From NCBI RefSeq assembly GCF_004010195.1, contig NC_057731.1:50274579-50338578 (forward strand): DNA of 64,000 bases, read 5' to 3'. The DNA is from Chiloscyllium plagiosum. Taxonomy: Eukaryota. A program made the translations under genes and the position numbers. This document shows, piece after piece, positions 12,091-23,500 of the stretch (the first letter of the stretch is position 1; every line of letters begins with the position of its first letter). Below the pieces are notes generated by a model, which worked only from the letters and a program-made list of their open reading frames with translations, had not been told where the DNA came from and ran no database searches.

Positions 12091-12739
12091 GTCAGGTGCA
12101 GTCATCACCTTTTGTTTTGAACAGCCAAAGGGATAAGCTATTTGATACAATTCATCAATTTTGGAATGCATATTCTGCATACCTTGCATCACAATGCTAC
12201 TAGTTTAGTTATAAAGGACTTCACAGAGACACTCTAGTTAAATATTATTGATGCACAGTAAGTATGCGAAGTATGTCATTATTAAAATGGCTGTAGGGTA
12301 AATGTACACAATATCCACTTATCAATGAACTGGCAAGATGAAATACTACTGTATAAACTTGTTCATCCATAATGAAGTTATACGGATCACTATACTGCCT
12401 ATTATAGAAATAAAATGCCTGTCTTTATCCCTGATTCAGATCTACTTTTCATCAACTGATCAGAAGTCCAAGCAATTTATTGGCCCTGCAACCAAACTGC
12501 ACTTCATCTTCCCACTCTTCCAACTCCTTGTACTTTTATTGATATTAAATGAAACAGCAAGGCTTCCTATTCAACTTGTGCTCTATCAAGCTTTAAACTT
12601 TCTGAAGCTTCGAACCTTCCCAGGTTATACCTTCTTCTTAGGAACTGCCCATTGAGCCTGCTCTGTTGTATAATATGATTGCAGCTAATCAAACATATCA
12701 ATTCCTTTTACCACACTACTCCTTAATTCTTTACATCAT

Positions 12740-13500
12740 TTTTAGAAGAACAAGAGGTGATCTTCTTGAAACATGTAGGATTCTTAAGGGGCTTGACAGG
12801 GTAAATGCTGCAAGGATTGTTCTCCTCATTGGAGACTCCAGGAAGAGAGGGCATATTCCCAGAATAAATGGGTACTAATTTAAGACTGAGATAAGGAGGA
12901 ATTTCTTCTCTCAGATGTTTGTCAGTCTTTGGAACTCTTGGCCACCGAGAGCTATGGGGGCAGAATGTTTGTGTATATTTAAGACTGAGGTAGATTTTTG
13001 ATCAGTGGGAGAGTTAATGGTTGTAGGGAAAGGACAGGAAAATGGACATGAGGAATGTCAGATCAGCCATGATCCTATTAAATGGTGGAATAAGTTTGAA
13101 GGGGCTGGATGGCTTACTTTTGTTCTTATTTTCCCTGGACCTGATGGGATGCATCCTAGGATATTAAAGAAAGTAGCTACAACAATAGGGGATGCACTGG
13201 TAGTGATCTTTCAAGAATCCTTATATTCTGGAAAAGTCCCAAAGGAATAGAAAGCTAAATGTAAGACTGTTATTCAAAAAGGAAGACAAAAAGTCAGTTC
13301 ATTTAACATCTGGTTTTCAGAAGGTGTTAGTGTCTGGTATAAAGATGGTAATAGCAGAGCATTTAGCAATACAAAATATGATCAAGCAGAAACAGCATGG
13401 CTTCATGAAGGGGGAAATCATGCCTGGCAAATTTATTAGAGTTCATTATTTGAGAAGGTAGCAAGGTGGATACATAAAGAAGAACCAAAAGATTCCTAGA
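12740..13500 (+). mobile_element. CR1 LINE fragments
   Basis: RGDLLETCRILKGLDRV C-terminus with 3' UTR, then RT motifs PGPDGMHPRILK and QHGF..KSCL. Confidence 0.8.
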
Positions 13501-13763
13501 AAGCAATTGATGAAGTACCACACACAAGAATATTGGCCATGCAAAGACACACAGAACACATGACCGGTGACATGGAATTTTCTAGCTGGGCAGTCATTCT
13601 CAGTAACATGTGATTGCTGACAATGATGACTTAACAGGAAAACAGGCCATAGAGTTGGAGGTGGCATATTAGTATATGCTAATGCAATTCCAATCTTCTG
13701 GGGTAACCACCTCATAGAAGGCTGAGAGTTGGGGGAAAGGGGGCATTTTTAGGATGGCAGGAA

Positions 13764-14395
13764 AAAGTGAGGACTGCAGATGCTGAAGACCAGAGTCAAA
13801 GAGAATGGTGCTGGAAAAGCACAGCTGGCGATGCAGCATCCAAGGAGCGGGAGACTCAATGTTTTGGCATAAGTCCTTCATCAGGAATGAGAGTAGTAAC
13901 CAAGAGGGCTGAGACATAAATGGGAGGGGGTGGGGCTGGGAGTGAAGGTGATAGTCAGAGAGGAGGGTGGAGCAGACAGGTTGGAAGGAAGATGGAAGGT
14001 AGGACTGTTCAGGAGATTGGTGCCAAGTTGGAAGGTTGGGACTGGGATAAGGTGAGGTGAGAGCAAGTAGGGAAACCAGTGAAATCCACATTAATCCTGT
14101 GTGGTTGGAGGGTCCCAAGGTGAAAGATGAGGCATTCATCCTCCTGGTGTTAGGTGGTGAGGGTTTGGTGATGGAGGAGGCCCTAAGCCTGCATGACCTT
14201 GGCGGAGTGGGACAGGGAGTTACAGTGTTCAGCCATAGGCTAATGGGGTTGGTTAGTGTGGTGTCCCAGTGATCTGCACGTTCCTGTCTCCCCAGTGTAG
14301 AGGAGACCACATCAGGTGCATCTGTCAGATGTAGGAGAATCCTTTGGGGCCTTGGACTGAGGTGAGGGGGGAGGTGTGAGTGCAGGTTTTTCTGG
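13764..14395 (-). mobile_element. Penelope-like element, family A (GIY-YIG remnant plus pLTR)
   Basis: Frameshifted RCT.CGLLYTGET...FIFHLGTLQPHRINVDFT. Same terminal repeat as the copy at 300-737, with a decayed core CTGATGAAGGAC..GCCAAAAC near 13861-13884. Confidence 0.8.
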
Positions 14396-14399
14396 TTTT

Positions 14400-15165
14400 C
14401 CACAAGTGGAGTGCCACCAGGATCAATGCTGGGGCCACAGTTATTTACAATATATTTTAATGACTTGGATGGAAAAAGTGAATGTACTATCAGGCTCTTT
14501 GGATGCTGTCTGACCTGCTGTGCTTTTCCAGCACCACTCTAATCTAGATTCTGGTTTCTAGCATCTGCAGTACCCACTTTTGCCTAGGCAATAGAAAAGA
14601 CAAATTGATGGTTGGCTTTTATTTCAAAGTAAGTGGAATACCAAAATAGGGAAGTCTTGTTAAAGCGATAGCAGGTATTAGTCAGATCACAGCTGGAAGT
14701 GTTTTGGGCCCTTATCTAATTGAGGATATACTGGCATTGGTGACAATCTACAAAATACTCATGAGGTTGATCCCGGGTATGTGAAGAGGCTAAGGAGATT
14801 GAGTTTGTACTCACTGGAGTTTAGATGAATGAGAACGAGACCTCATTGAAACATATGAGATTCTAGTGTGACTTGGCATGGTAGATGCAGGAAGGTTGCT
14901 TCCCCTGAGGGAGAGTTTAGGACCAAAGGCTTATTCTTCAGAATGAGTGGTCAGCCATTTAAGACAGAAATAAGGGGAAACCTCTTCTCTCAGACAGTAG
15001 TGAATCTGCAGATGCTTTAGTACAGAGGGCCATTGAGGTTGGGTCATTAAGTATATCCAAGGTTGAGATAGATTTTTAATCAGTAAGGGAATCAAGATGA
15101 ATGAAGACAAGAAAGTGGAGTGGAAGGTTATCAGATCAACCATGATCTCATTGAATGACATGGGC
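14400..15165 (+). mobile_element. CR1 LINE 3' portion (with a PLE fragment at ~14495-14585)
   Basis: SGVPPGSMLGPQLFTIYFNDLD RT motif, followed by a decayed C-terminus and 3' UTR. Confidence 0.8.
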
Positions 15166-15494
15166 CGACCGGCCCCCCATCTCCTCCTACACCTCATTAT
15201 TTTACGAACGAGTCCAGTGAACCTTCCTTGCACTCCCTCTATGGCACAACATGATTCCCAAAGGAGGGATTCGTCGAACGATGAAAAGGATTTAAAAGTC
15301 CAATCTTGGTGTCCACGTTTTTATTGCAATTTAATTTAACCTCTTTCCCCAATTATTTTAAAACTTTGGACCAATGGTTATCAATTATGTTTCTTTTAAA
15401 AAGACACTGTTAAAAAGAAATGACAGAAAGAGATCAGTGCTGCAGGCTTCATAGGAACACGGCAAAGAGGTGACGGCAGCACGAGATAGACACC

Positions 15495-15800
15495 ATGATG
15501 CTGTACTAAGGCGGTGCTGCACTGCCGAAGAGGGCTGCTTCCAGTGATTGTCCAATCAAAGTCCAACTTGCCTACCCGGGATCGGAGCTACACAGGGACA
15601 TTTGTCCGCTCCTGCCCATTGCAAATCACCATAGTTTTTTTTTATCCCTCAGCCATGATCATTGAACAGATGATCAGGTCATTTTCGCGTTGCTGTATGT
15701 GGGATCTTACTGTGCGCAAATTGGCTGCTGGGTTTCCTGCTCTAAGACAACGAGTGTGCTTCATACAAAGCAGTTGGGACGTCCTTTATGGCAGGCGCTA
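15495..15800 (+). mobile_element. Deu-domain SINE relic (SacSINE1/AmnSINE-like)
   Basis: TTGCTGTATGTGGGATCTTACTGTGCGCAAATTGGCTGCTGGGTTTCC...TTGGGACGTCC...AGGCGCTA resembles the Deu-domain core and tail. Confidence 0.7.
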
Positions 15801-16654
15801 AGTAGACAGCAGGCTCCCTCTGTGCTGCCGGCCATGTCAGTGAATACTCAATCCTGGTGCAGATCCAGACAGGTCTCCATACCTGCTGGGATAACAGGCG
15901 AACACAAGACTGGGCTGGGGTTTGAAAGGCGGCCTCAGTTGTTGTGGTAGCCCCTGGGTTCTGGCTGTTACGGTCAGGGGAAGCTGATTGTTTGCAACTT
16001 GGTTCCTTGGTTCCTTAAAAACGTCGGCAGGAAGGCTATCACTACATTAAGAATGGTCGAGAGCTAATTTGAATTTGGATTAATTCTGGCTCATCCAACC
16101 TTGGAATGCTCATGTACACTTCTGTGAAATGTTTGAGTCATCTACGCGTATTTTTTTTTACAAATTAGGCCTGACTAAACAACATAAAGGCGGAAAATCT
16201 TGGCAGGATATGTGAAAAAAAGAGCGAGTAAAGTGTTTCTCAAGAGGCTGGTATTAGGACGATATAGTTTAAGGGATTGTGATTGTATTTTACAAAAAGG
16301 CGTTTGACAAGTTGAGTGCCCGCAACTGGGAAACAATTCCAGGTTGGTAACATGTTAGGCAGAACATTCTTCCTTAATTCTTGACAGATAAAGGAAATAA
16401 ATTGATATTTATATAACAAATCCCATACTCAATTAGACATCTTTTGAAATGTAGTGGTTAATGCAATCAAAAGCAACATTTTACAACATTTTCCCATAAA
16501 CCTCATCAGATAAATCACTGGGTCGCAGATCTATTATGGTGTACATGGAAGCCTTTCGGTCCATCTTGTCTACTTGATACTCCCAAAGAACAATTCACCT
16601 TGTGCCAATCCCTCGCCTTCTTAGCTGTAACCCTGCACATTTCACATTTCAAAA

Positions 16655-17022
16655 CCTGCGGATGCTGGAAATCAGAAACAAAAGCTGAAATTGCTGGAAA
16701 AACTCAGCAGGTCTGGCAGCGTAAGTGGAGAGAAAGCGGAGTTTACGTTTCTTCCTAAAGAGACTTCTTCAGAACTACTGCAAAAGAGGACACGTAAAAA
16801 CATAAGCACTAGGAGCAGGAGTAGGCCGTTCGGCCCTTCCCAGCCTGCTCCACCATTCAATAAGATCATGGCTGATCTTTTCGTGAACTCAGCTCCACTT
16901 ACCTGCGTTTTCACATATCCCTTAATTTCTTTATTTTTCTAAAAAAGAAGTGTCTACCTTAGCTTTAAAAGCGAAATCTGCTGAGCTTTTCCAGCATTGT
17001 TTGCTTATGGTCCATTTTCAGA
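16655..17022. mobile_element. PLE family B fold-back interrupted by a CR1 3' end (~16795-16972, minus)
   Basis: gatgctggaaatcagaaac..ctcagcaggtctggcagc and its reverse ctgctgagcttttccagca flank a CR1 tail (aggagcaggagtaggcc..aataagatcatggctgatc). Confidence 0.7.
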
Positions 17023-17576
17023 TATCTGTCTAATTCCCTTTCCAATATTTCTCGATTGAGCCTGCCTCTACCTCACTATCGGGGAGCGTTGACCGGACAG
17101 AACCTATCTGCACTGCTGAGCATTTTCTACCTTTGTTTATTTTAAATTTCAGATTTCCAGAATCCACAATCTTTCGCGTTTGTGTTGTTAGTTTTGATGG
17201 TTTTGCCTGGGGATTGGGGGTGGTGGAGGTAGAATGAATGCTGGTCAGCCTACCATCCTTTGAAGATTCCTATGGGATCTTTTCATGTCTACCTGAGAAG
17301 GCCGGGCCCCACTTTACTTTCTCCTCTGAAAGACAGTGCAGCAAAAGGCGTGTCAACCTCCCTGAGGGTCTTCAATCTCTGGAATGGGACTCCAACCCCA
17401 CAATCTTTTGACCCAGCGTTGCGATAGCTGCAATGAACCTTTATTTAGAAGCGAACTACTTGAAGATGTATTTGTGGTATGTACGTTTTAATGTGGTATC
17501 CTTTATTAAGATAGAGTGCTTTATTACATTCGCATGTAACGAACATGCGTTTATCGTTTACTCCATATATTAGGAA

Positions 17577-17596
17577 AGACCGCCATCTAGCGGTAT
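17577..17596 (-). promoter_or_regulatory. CTCF-binding motif candidate
   Basis: Minus strand ATACCGCTAGATGGCGGTC closely fits the CTCF core CC(A/G)C(T/C)AG(A/G)(T/G)GGC(A/G). Confidence 0.55.
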
Positions 17597-17635
17597 TACA
17601 AGGAACAGCGACTGAGTGGATCTAAAGGAATGGTA

Positions 17636-17773
17636 AAAACAAGGATTGCAGATGCTGGAAACCCGAGTCTAGATTAGAGTGGTGCTGGAAAAACACAGCA
17701 GGTCAGGCAGCATCCTGCGCCTCGGATGCTGCCTGACCTGCTGTGCTTTTCCAGCACCATTCTAATCTAGACT
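17636..17773. mobile_element. PLE family A fold-back hairpin
   Basis: Near-perfect 50-bp arms at 17666-17715 and 17724-17773 with an 8-nt loop. Confidence 0.85.
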
Positions 17774-18740
17774 AAAGTGATCATGATCTGGTGAATTGCT
17801 TGCATTTTTAAATATAGATTTATTAATCAGGTTTCGGGTTTTTTTTAAAGTAAGGCTAAGCAAAATGATTGCAAATTATATGTGACGCATTTGTATGACC
17901 AGAGGAAAGAGAATAACTTATTTCTAAAATGAATCCATAGGATTTGAACGTTTGCAGATGATGAACTGCCGTTCGGTTTGATGTAAAACGATTTATTCCT
18001 CATCATTTTCCGAGTGAATTCATCCCTCTTTGAAGTGCACGTTAACCAAACATTAAGTCGTCTTTCGAGATTTTGCAGGACAGAAAGTTCAGAGAAGATT
18101 TACAAAATGACAAACTCATAACCAAACCTTTGAAATCTGCTAAGTTTCTTGTTGGAAAGGCACATGGAGTACATTTTTTTTAAAAGATGGATCAAGTTTT
18201 GACAGTGGTTGGATTAAATGTACTTTCAGCTGCCCCACACCTTCACCCCAGGCTTGCATAACTGAGAACATATTTAATGTTGCACAATTAAACAAAAGAT
18301 ACAAATCTTATCTAAAGTGGTGGTGGTCGAGCCAAATCCTAAAAGGACAGACACCTTCTCATTTTCAAGTTTAAAATGAAAGGAAGGAAACGATAATTCG
18401 TTGCAACTTTTTAAATTCTAAATTCAACATGAAAAAACAGTCTTAAAATTCGGAATTTGAGGAGGTTTGGGAGAAAGCAGCAGAGATGGGGAGAAAGGAC
18501 GTCTTTCAAAGACAGGAGTGAGGGACAGACTTGTAACATTAAAGAGGTACTCAATGCATACAGAAACAGACAGGCGCATTGGGACGGCCAGATACAGGAG
18601 AAAGACAAATGCAAAACTCTAAATATACTCACACGAAAATTGCCCAGAGAGGCGGCGGAGTTGGGGAGGTGTGGGAGAGGGTGAGAACTGTACGCATCCA
18701 ATGATCTGGCTAGAGGGACCGTCAATTAAAACAAAGAAAT

Positions 18741-18940
18741 AAAAACCAAAGAACTGCGGTTTCTGGGAATCTGAAATAAAAACAGAAACTGCTGGAGGAA
18801 CTCAGCAGGTCTGGCAACACCTGTGGAGGGAGAGAAACAGAGTTAACATTTCGGGTCCAGAATACCTTTGGAAACGTTACCCCTGCTTTCTCTCCACAGT
18901 TGCTGCCAAAACCGCTGAGCTTCTCCATTTGTGTTTCAGA
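18741..18940. mobile_element. PLE family B fold-back
   Basis: ctcagcaggtctggcaac..gttaacatttc and the inverted gaaacgttac..ctccacagttgctgcc..ctgag. Confidence 0.75.
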
Positions 18941-20049
18941 AAGACAAGGGATTGGAAATGAGTAGAGAACAATAGACAGGAGAGAGACAGAAAAACAGGC
19001 GGAGATAGATGACATAGAGAAGATACAGAGGGTGATTAATCACAGAACGAGGGAGAAGCTAATAACTGAGTGGATGAGATTTCTGACAGATCGGTTTTCT
19101 GGGCCCTGGTCAACAGGCGTTTCGTGTTTGCAGCTGCAAGCAGTGGGATTATGTCAGCACAGAACCGCCACATTACCCAGAACGCAAACAGCAGCTCAAC
19201 CTGGCAATGTAACTGAAGGTCAGTGGCTCGCTCCCTTGCCACAGGAACGCAGTTAGCTGGGCTGGAACCGGACCGCCAGCCCTCACTGACCCGGTGACCC
19301 TAGACAGCGATGAACAAAAAAGGTTTCGCTGGGGCGTGACAATGGCCCAGAAACGGGTCGGGACGTTGGGAAACGGGGCTGATCTGATCAAATGTGCTAA
19401 GAATGTAAACATGATTTCCCCCCTCCCCCCTTCCCCACAGTTTCCCCCTCCCCACCCCCCACTCCCAACACACACACACACACACACACACTAATCGGAG
19501 TGTGAGAGAAGGAGAGGGAGAGGGAGGGTTATAGCTACATCCAGAATTTGGACTTGTCGTATCCCTCTAATTGTTTTTGCTCTTTCTGAGAACCATTGAG
19601 ACAATATGTTTTACAGCTGTTTTTTTTCTGCGTGTGTGTGGGGGTGTGTTTGCGGGGTCAGTTTTATTACCATGGCAACTGACATTTTCCAGCCTCCCCT
19701 CTAACGCTGGAAAATTTCCATCTTTCGCTGTCATCGACAGCCCATAACAGTTTGCAGACAGACCTAATTACTGATTACAGTTCAGTGCATCTCGATAACA
19801 AAGAAATGATTAGGAATTGTTTGATAATTTACCGCGAGTGAAAGGAAAACTATAATTTGGTGGTGTGATTTTTGTGTGCAGCTGTGGAGAGCATGCAAAA
19901 ATGTCTACTGTATCATCTTCCATACAGTGGTATAAAAGGTGAGGGCTATGCTCTGAAATATGACCCAGAGTTAGGGCCTACTATGATCCATTCACGGAGA
20001 GATATAAGAGACTGCAATAGAGCAAGACAAAACCTTTCTATTTGGTTTT

Positions 20050-20275
20050 GATTTCATTTATTATTGTCACGTGTACCTAAGTACAGTGAAAAGTTCTGTT
20101 TTGCGTGCAGTACAGGCAGATCAGGCGTGCATTAGGGTGATAGAACAGGGCAACAAATACAATGTTATGGCTGCAGAGAAGGTGTACAAAAAGCATGTTG
20201 AGCGCTAGATTAAAATTTGCGAGGTCCAGTCAGAAGTCTGATAACAGGAAGAAAACTGTTCTTGAACCTGATGAA
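20050..20275 (-). mobile_element. Rex1/Babar-like LINE 3' UTR fragment
   Basis: Shares ttattgtcac.tgtacc.aagtacagtgaaaag..cagtacaggcagatca with 44960-45022, which adjoins a Rex1-type ORF. Confidence 0.6.
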
Positions 20276-20304
20276 CCTCCACTCTCAACACACGCGCACT
20301 CACC

Positions 20305-20580
20305 TATACACACACAGGTTCACACATGGGAAAACACCCCCTACCCTCCCCCAGACACACACATACACACACAGGTTCACACATGGGAAAACATCCACAC
20401 ACACACACATACACACACAGGTTCACACATGGGAAAACATCCACACACACACATACACACAGGCTCACACATATGTAGACACATACATACATGCAGGCTC
20501 ACACATGGGCAAACATCCACACACACATATACACACAGGCTCACACATGGGCAAACATACACAAACATATATACAAACAC
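20305..20580. repeat. CA-rich minisatellite (core CAGGTTCACACATGGGAAAACATC)
   Basis: About six units separated by (CA)n and TA spacers, followed by a TA/CA low-complexity tract to ~20980. Confidence 0.9.
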
Positions 20581-23500
20581 CCAAATATGCACTCAAAATT
20601 TCACATGCACATGTGCATATCCATGTATATAGACATATGCATAGAGTATATTTATACATATACTCTACCGTCATATTTACAGACATTTACATACAGGTTC
20701 GCATACATATATGCGCATACATTGACAAATTCAACGCAGATGCATATACACATACTTATGCACGCTCACACATACCATTAAGACATGTATGATAGACAAG
20801 ATATGCACGCGTAAATACACATTAACATATACACACACTTACATAAGTCCACAGAAGCACGTGTACATGCACGCATATACAAACATGCACTCACCTAGAC
20901 ACATGTATATTTGCACACGCCCACAAACACATATACAAATGCAGCTATGCGTATAAATAAGAGCATGTGTAATCACATATACACGGGGTGATCGATAGCA
21001 ATGCAGTTAAGTCCGTATTTCTGTGTGAATATGGATACTATGTTTTTGTACGTGTGTGCGAGTGAGAGTAGGCATGGCAGGAAACGTCTGGTCATTTCTG
21101 ATTTTTTTTTAATTGGCCAAACGAAGTGAGATTTGCGTGACATCATATTTTAGGCTCACGGTAGAGGAAGGCTCAGTGAGCTGCCTATTTAATTGTTTTT
21201 CAGGTGTTATGAAGAGGATATTTTGCCTATATCTGCTACATGTCACCGGTTTGTGCTGTTTCCATGCGGACACACTGCTGTCTACTGGGCCAGTGTGTAC
21301 TGGAATGCTCCAGGAGAAGATTAGGTATCAATGATGAATGATGCTGCTGTACTCCATCTAAATTTCTGTTCTTATCGCGACACCCGGATGAGATGGCGAA
21401 ACCGAGAGCAAGGTTGAAAAACGAAGAACAAACGACAGAGAAATGAGGAAGCAATGATTGAGTGGCACAATATGACTGATGTTTGCACTGGTCAGCACTC
21501 TGGGACACATTTTTATTGGTTGTTGGAGATTGAGGCTGATGCGATATGCAAAGAAATACTGAACGATATTGTAAAGGGGGATGGGGGAGCATTGCTGGTT
21601 AGGGGTGCATCAATACTGGTGATATGCAGGAGTATTTACAAGCAACTTCCTTTATTTTTAACATACAAGTAAATTTGCTTTAATAAAAGTATATTATCTC
21701 AGTCTGGCCAATCCGTTCAAATTGCAATCCCAAATAAGGCTGCTCTTCTTTGTGAAACGTTAGTGCTAGAAAATATGCCATAAGAGATTTCGATCAAGAC
21801 ACCGCTCAGTCATATTCTCATCTTGCTCGTGTTCGAATGTCTAGTGTATGCGCTCTGAAAGGTTTCTAACAGTGCTGTGCATCCCGTCAGAAAAGGGGGT
21901 TCAGGGGGTGTTTATAGCCGACGGTGCATTCTGCTGTTCTTGTCTCAATGCACAGTTACTGTGCCGTCCTCAAAGGCGTTGGGCTGTGTTGGTGGCTGCA
22001 TGTCACATCCTTCCGCTTACCTCGACAATCGTTTCCCTGTTTCTCTCTGTCCATAATTATACAGAACCACAGAACCGCTCAGTGACCTAAGGCGGCTATT
22101 CAGCCCATCGGGGCTAAACTGGCTGTTTGATTGAGCTGGCCAATTAGTCCCGTTTCCCTTCTCTTTCCCCCGGCTCCGGGAATATGCTCTTTACAAGGGT
22201 TCCTCCAGTTCCCTTTAGAAATCGACTCCCTGCAAAGTGCATTCCAGATGACAACAGCCCACTCTGCAAAATAAAATGCCCATCTCTCCCTCTATGCCCA
22301 TCTCTCCCTCTCATTCTTTGGCCAATTATCCTCAAGTTAAGCGCTTGCCAGTGGAATCAGTTGCAACGTCCGAGCCCGTTGATATTTAGCGCTCTTCTAA
22401 ACCGCTGCTTCACCTCCGTCGAAATGGCTATGGGTTAATCTCTGAAGGCAAAATGTGAATCTGAAAGCATTAATCCATACGATAGATTCGATCTCAATGA
22501 TGAACGATAATATTTCCCTGGGGTTGCCCAGTTCCAACATTTTGCCTACTTTAAAATATACAACAGAATCTTACAGTCTCGATATGAATTGTGGCATTAT
22601 TTAATTGAAGTGACGCTGTCTTTTTTCTCATATCCACACACACATACACACACAGGTTCACACATGGGAAAACATCCACACACACACACAGGTTCACACA
22701 TGGGAAAACATTCACACACACATACACACACAGGTTCACACATGGGAAAACATCCACACACACACACAGGTTCACACATGGGAAAACATTCACACACACA
22801 TACACACACAGGTTCACACATGGGAAAACATCCACACACACACACAGGTTCACACATGGGAAAACATTCACACACACATACACACACAGGTTCACACATG
22901 GGAAAACATCCACACACATATACACAGGCTCACACATGGGTAAACATCCACACACACAGGTTCACACATGGGAAAACACCCACCCACACACACATACACA
23001 CACAGGCTCACACATGGGAAAACATCCACACACACACATACACACACAGGTTCACTCATGGGAAAGCATCCACACACACACATACATACATGCAGGCTCA
23101 CACATGGGCAAACATCCACACACACATATACACACAGGCTCACACATGGGCAAACATACACAAACATATATACAAACACCCAAATATGCACTCAAAATTT
23201 CACATGCACATGTGCATATCCATGTATATAGACATATGCATAGAGTATATTTATACATATACTCTACCGTCATATTTACAGACATTTACATACAGGTTCG
23301 CATACATATATGCGCATACATTGACAAATTCAACGCAGATGCATATACACATACTTATGCACGCTCACACATACCATTAAGACATGTATGATAGACAAGA
23401 TATGCACGCGTAAATACACATTAACATATATACACACTTACATAAGTCCACAGAAGCACGTGTACATGCACGCATATACAAACATGCACTCACCTAGACA

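Noticed and set aside
13669-14403. 244-aa minus-strand ORF
   Set aside because: Off-frame reading of a decayed Penelope GIY-YIG region and its pyrimidine-rich tail.
17666-17773. Perfect-looking hairpin as a pre-miRNA or terminator
   Set aside because: Both arms are the multicopy Penelope terminal repeat, so an inverted PLE insertion explains it. No miRNA evidence.
22631-22920. Regularly spaced repeats resembling a CRISPR array
   Set aside because: The spacers are (CA)n rather than unique sequence, there are no cas genes, and the context is a vertebrate genome.
22589-23391. 263-aa His/Thr-rich ORF and overlapping Cys/Val-rich ORFs (also 20162-20792)
   Set aside because: Translations of a CA-rich minisatellite whose units are multiples of 3. 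No splice or codon evidence for a gene.
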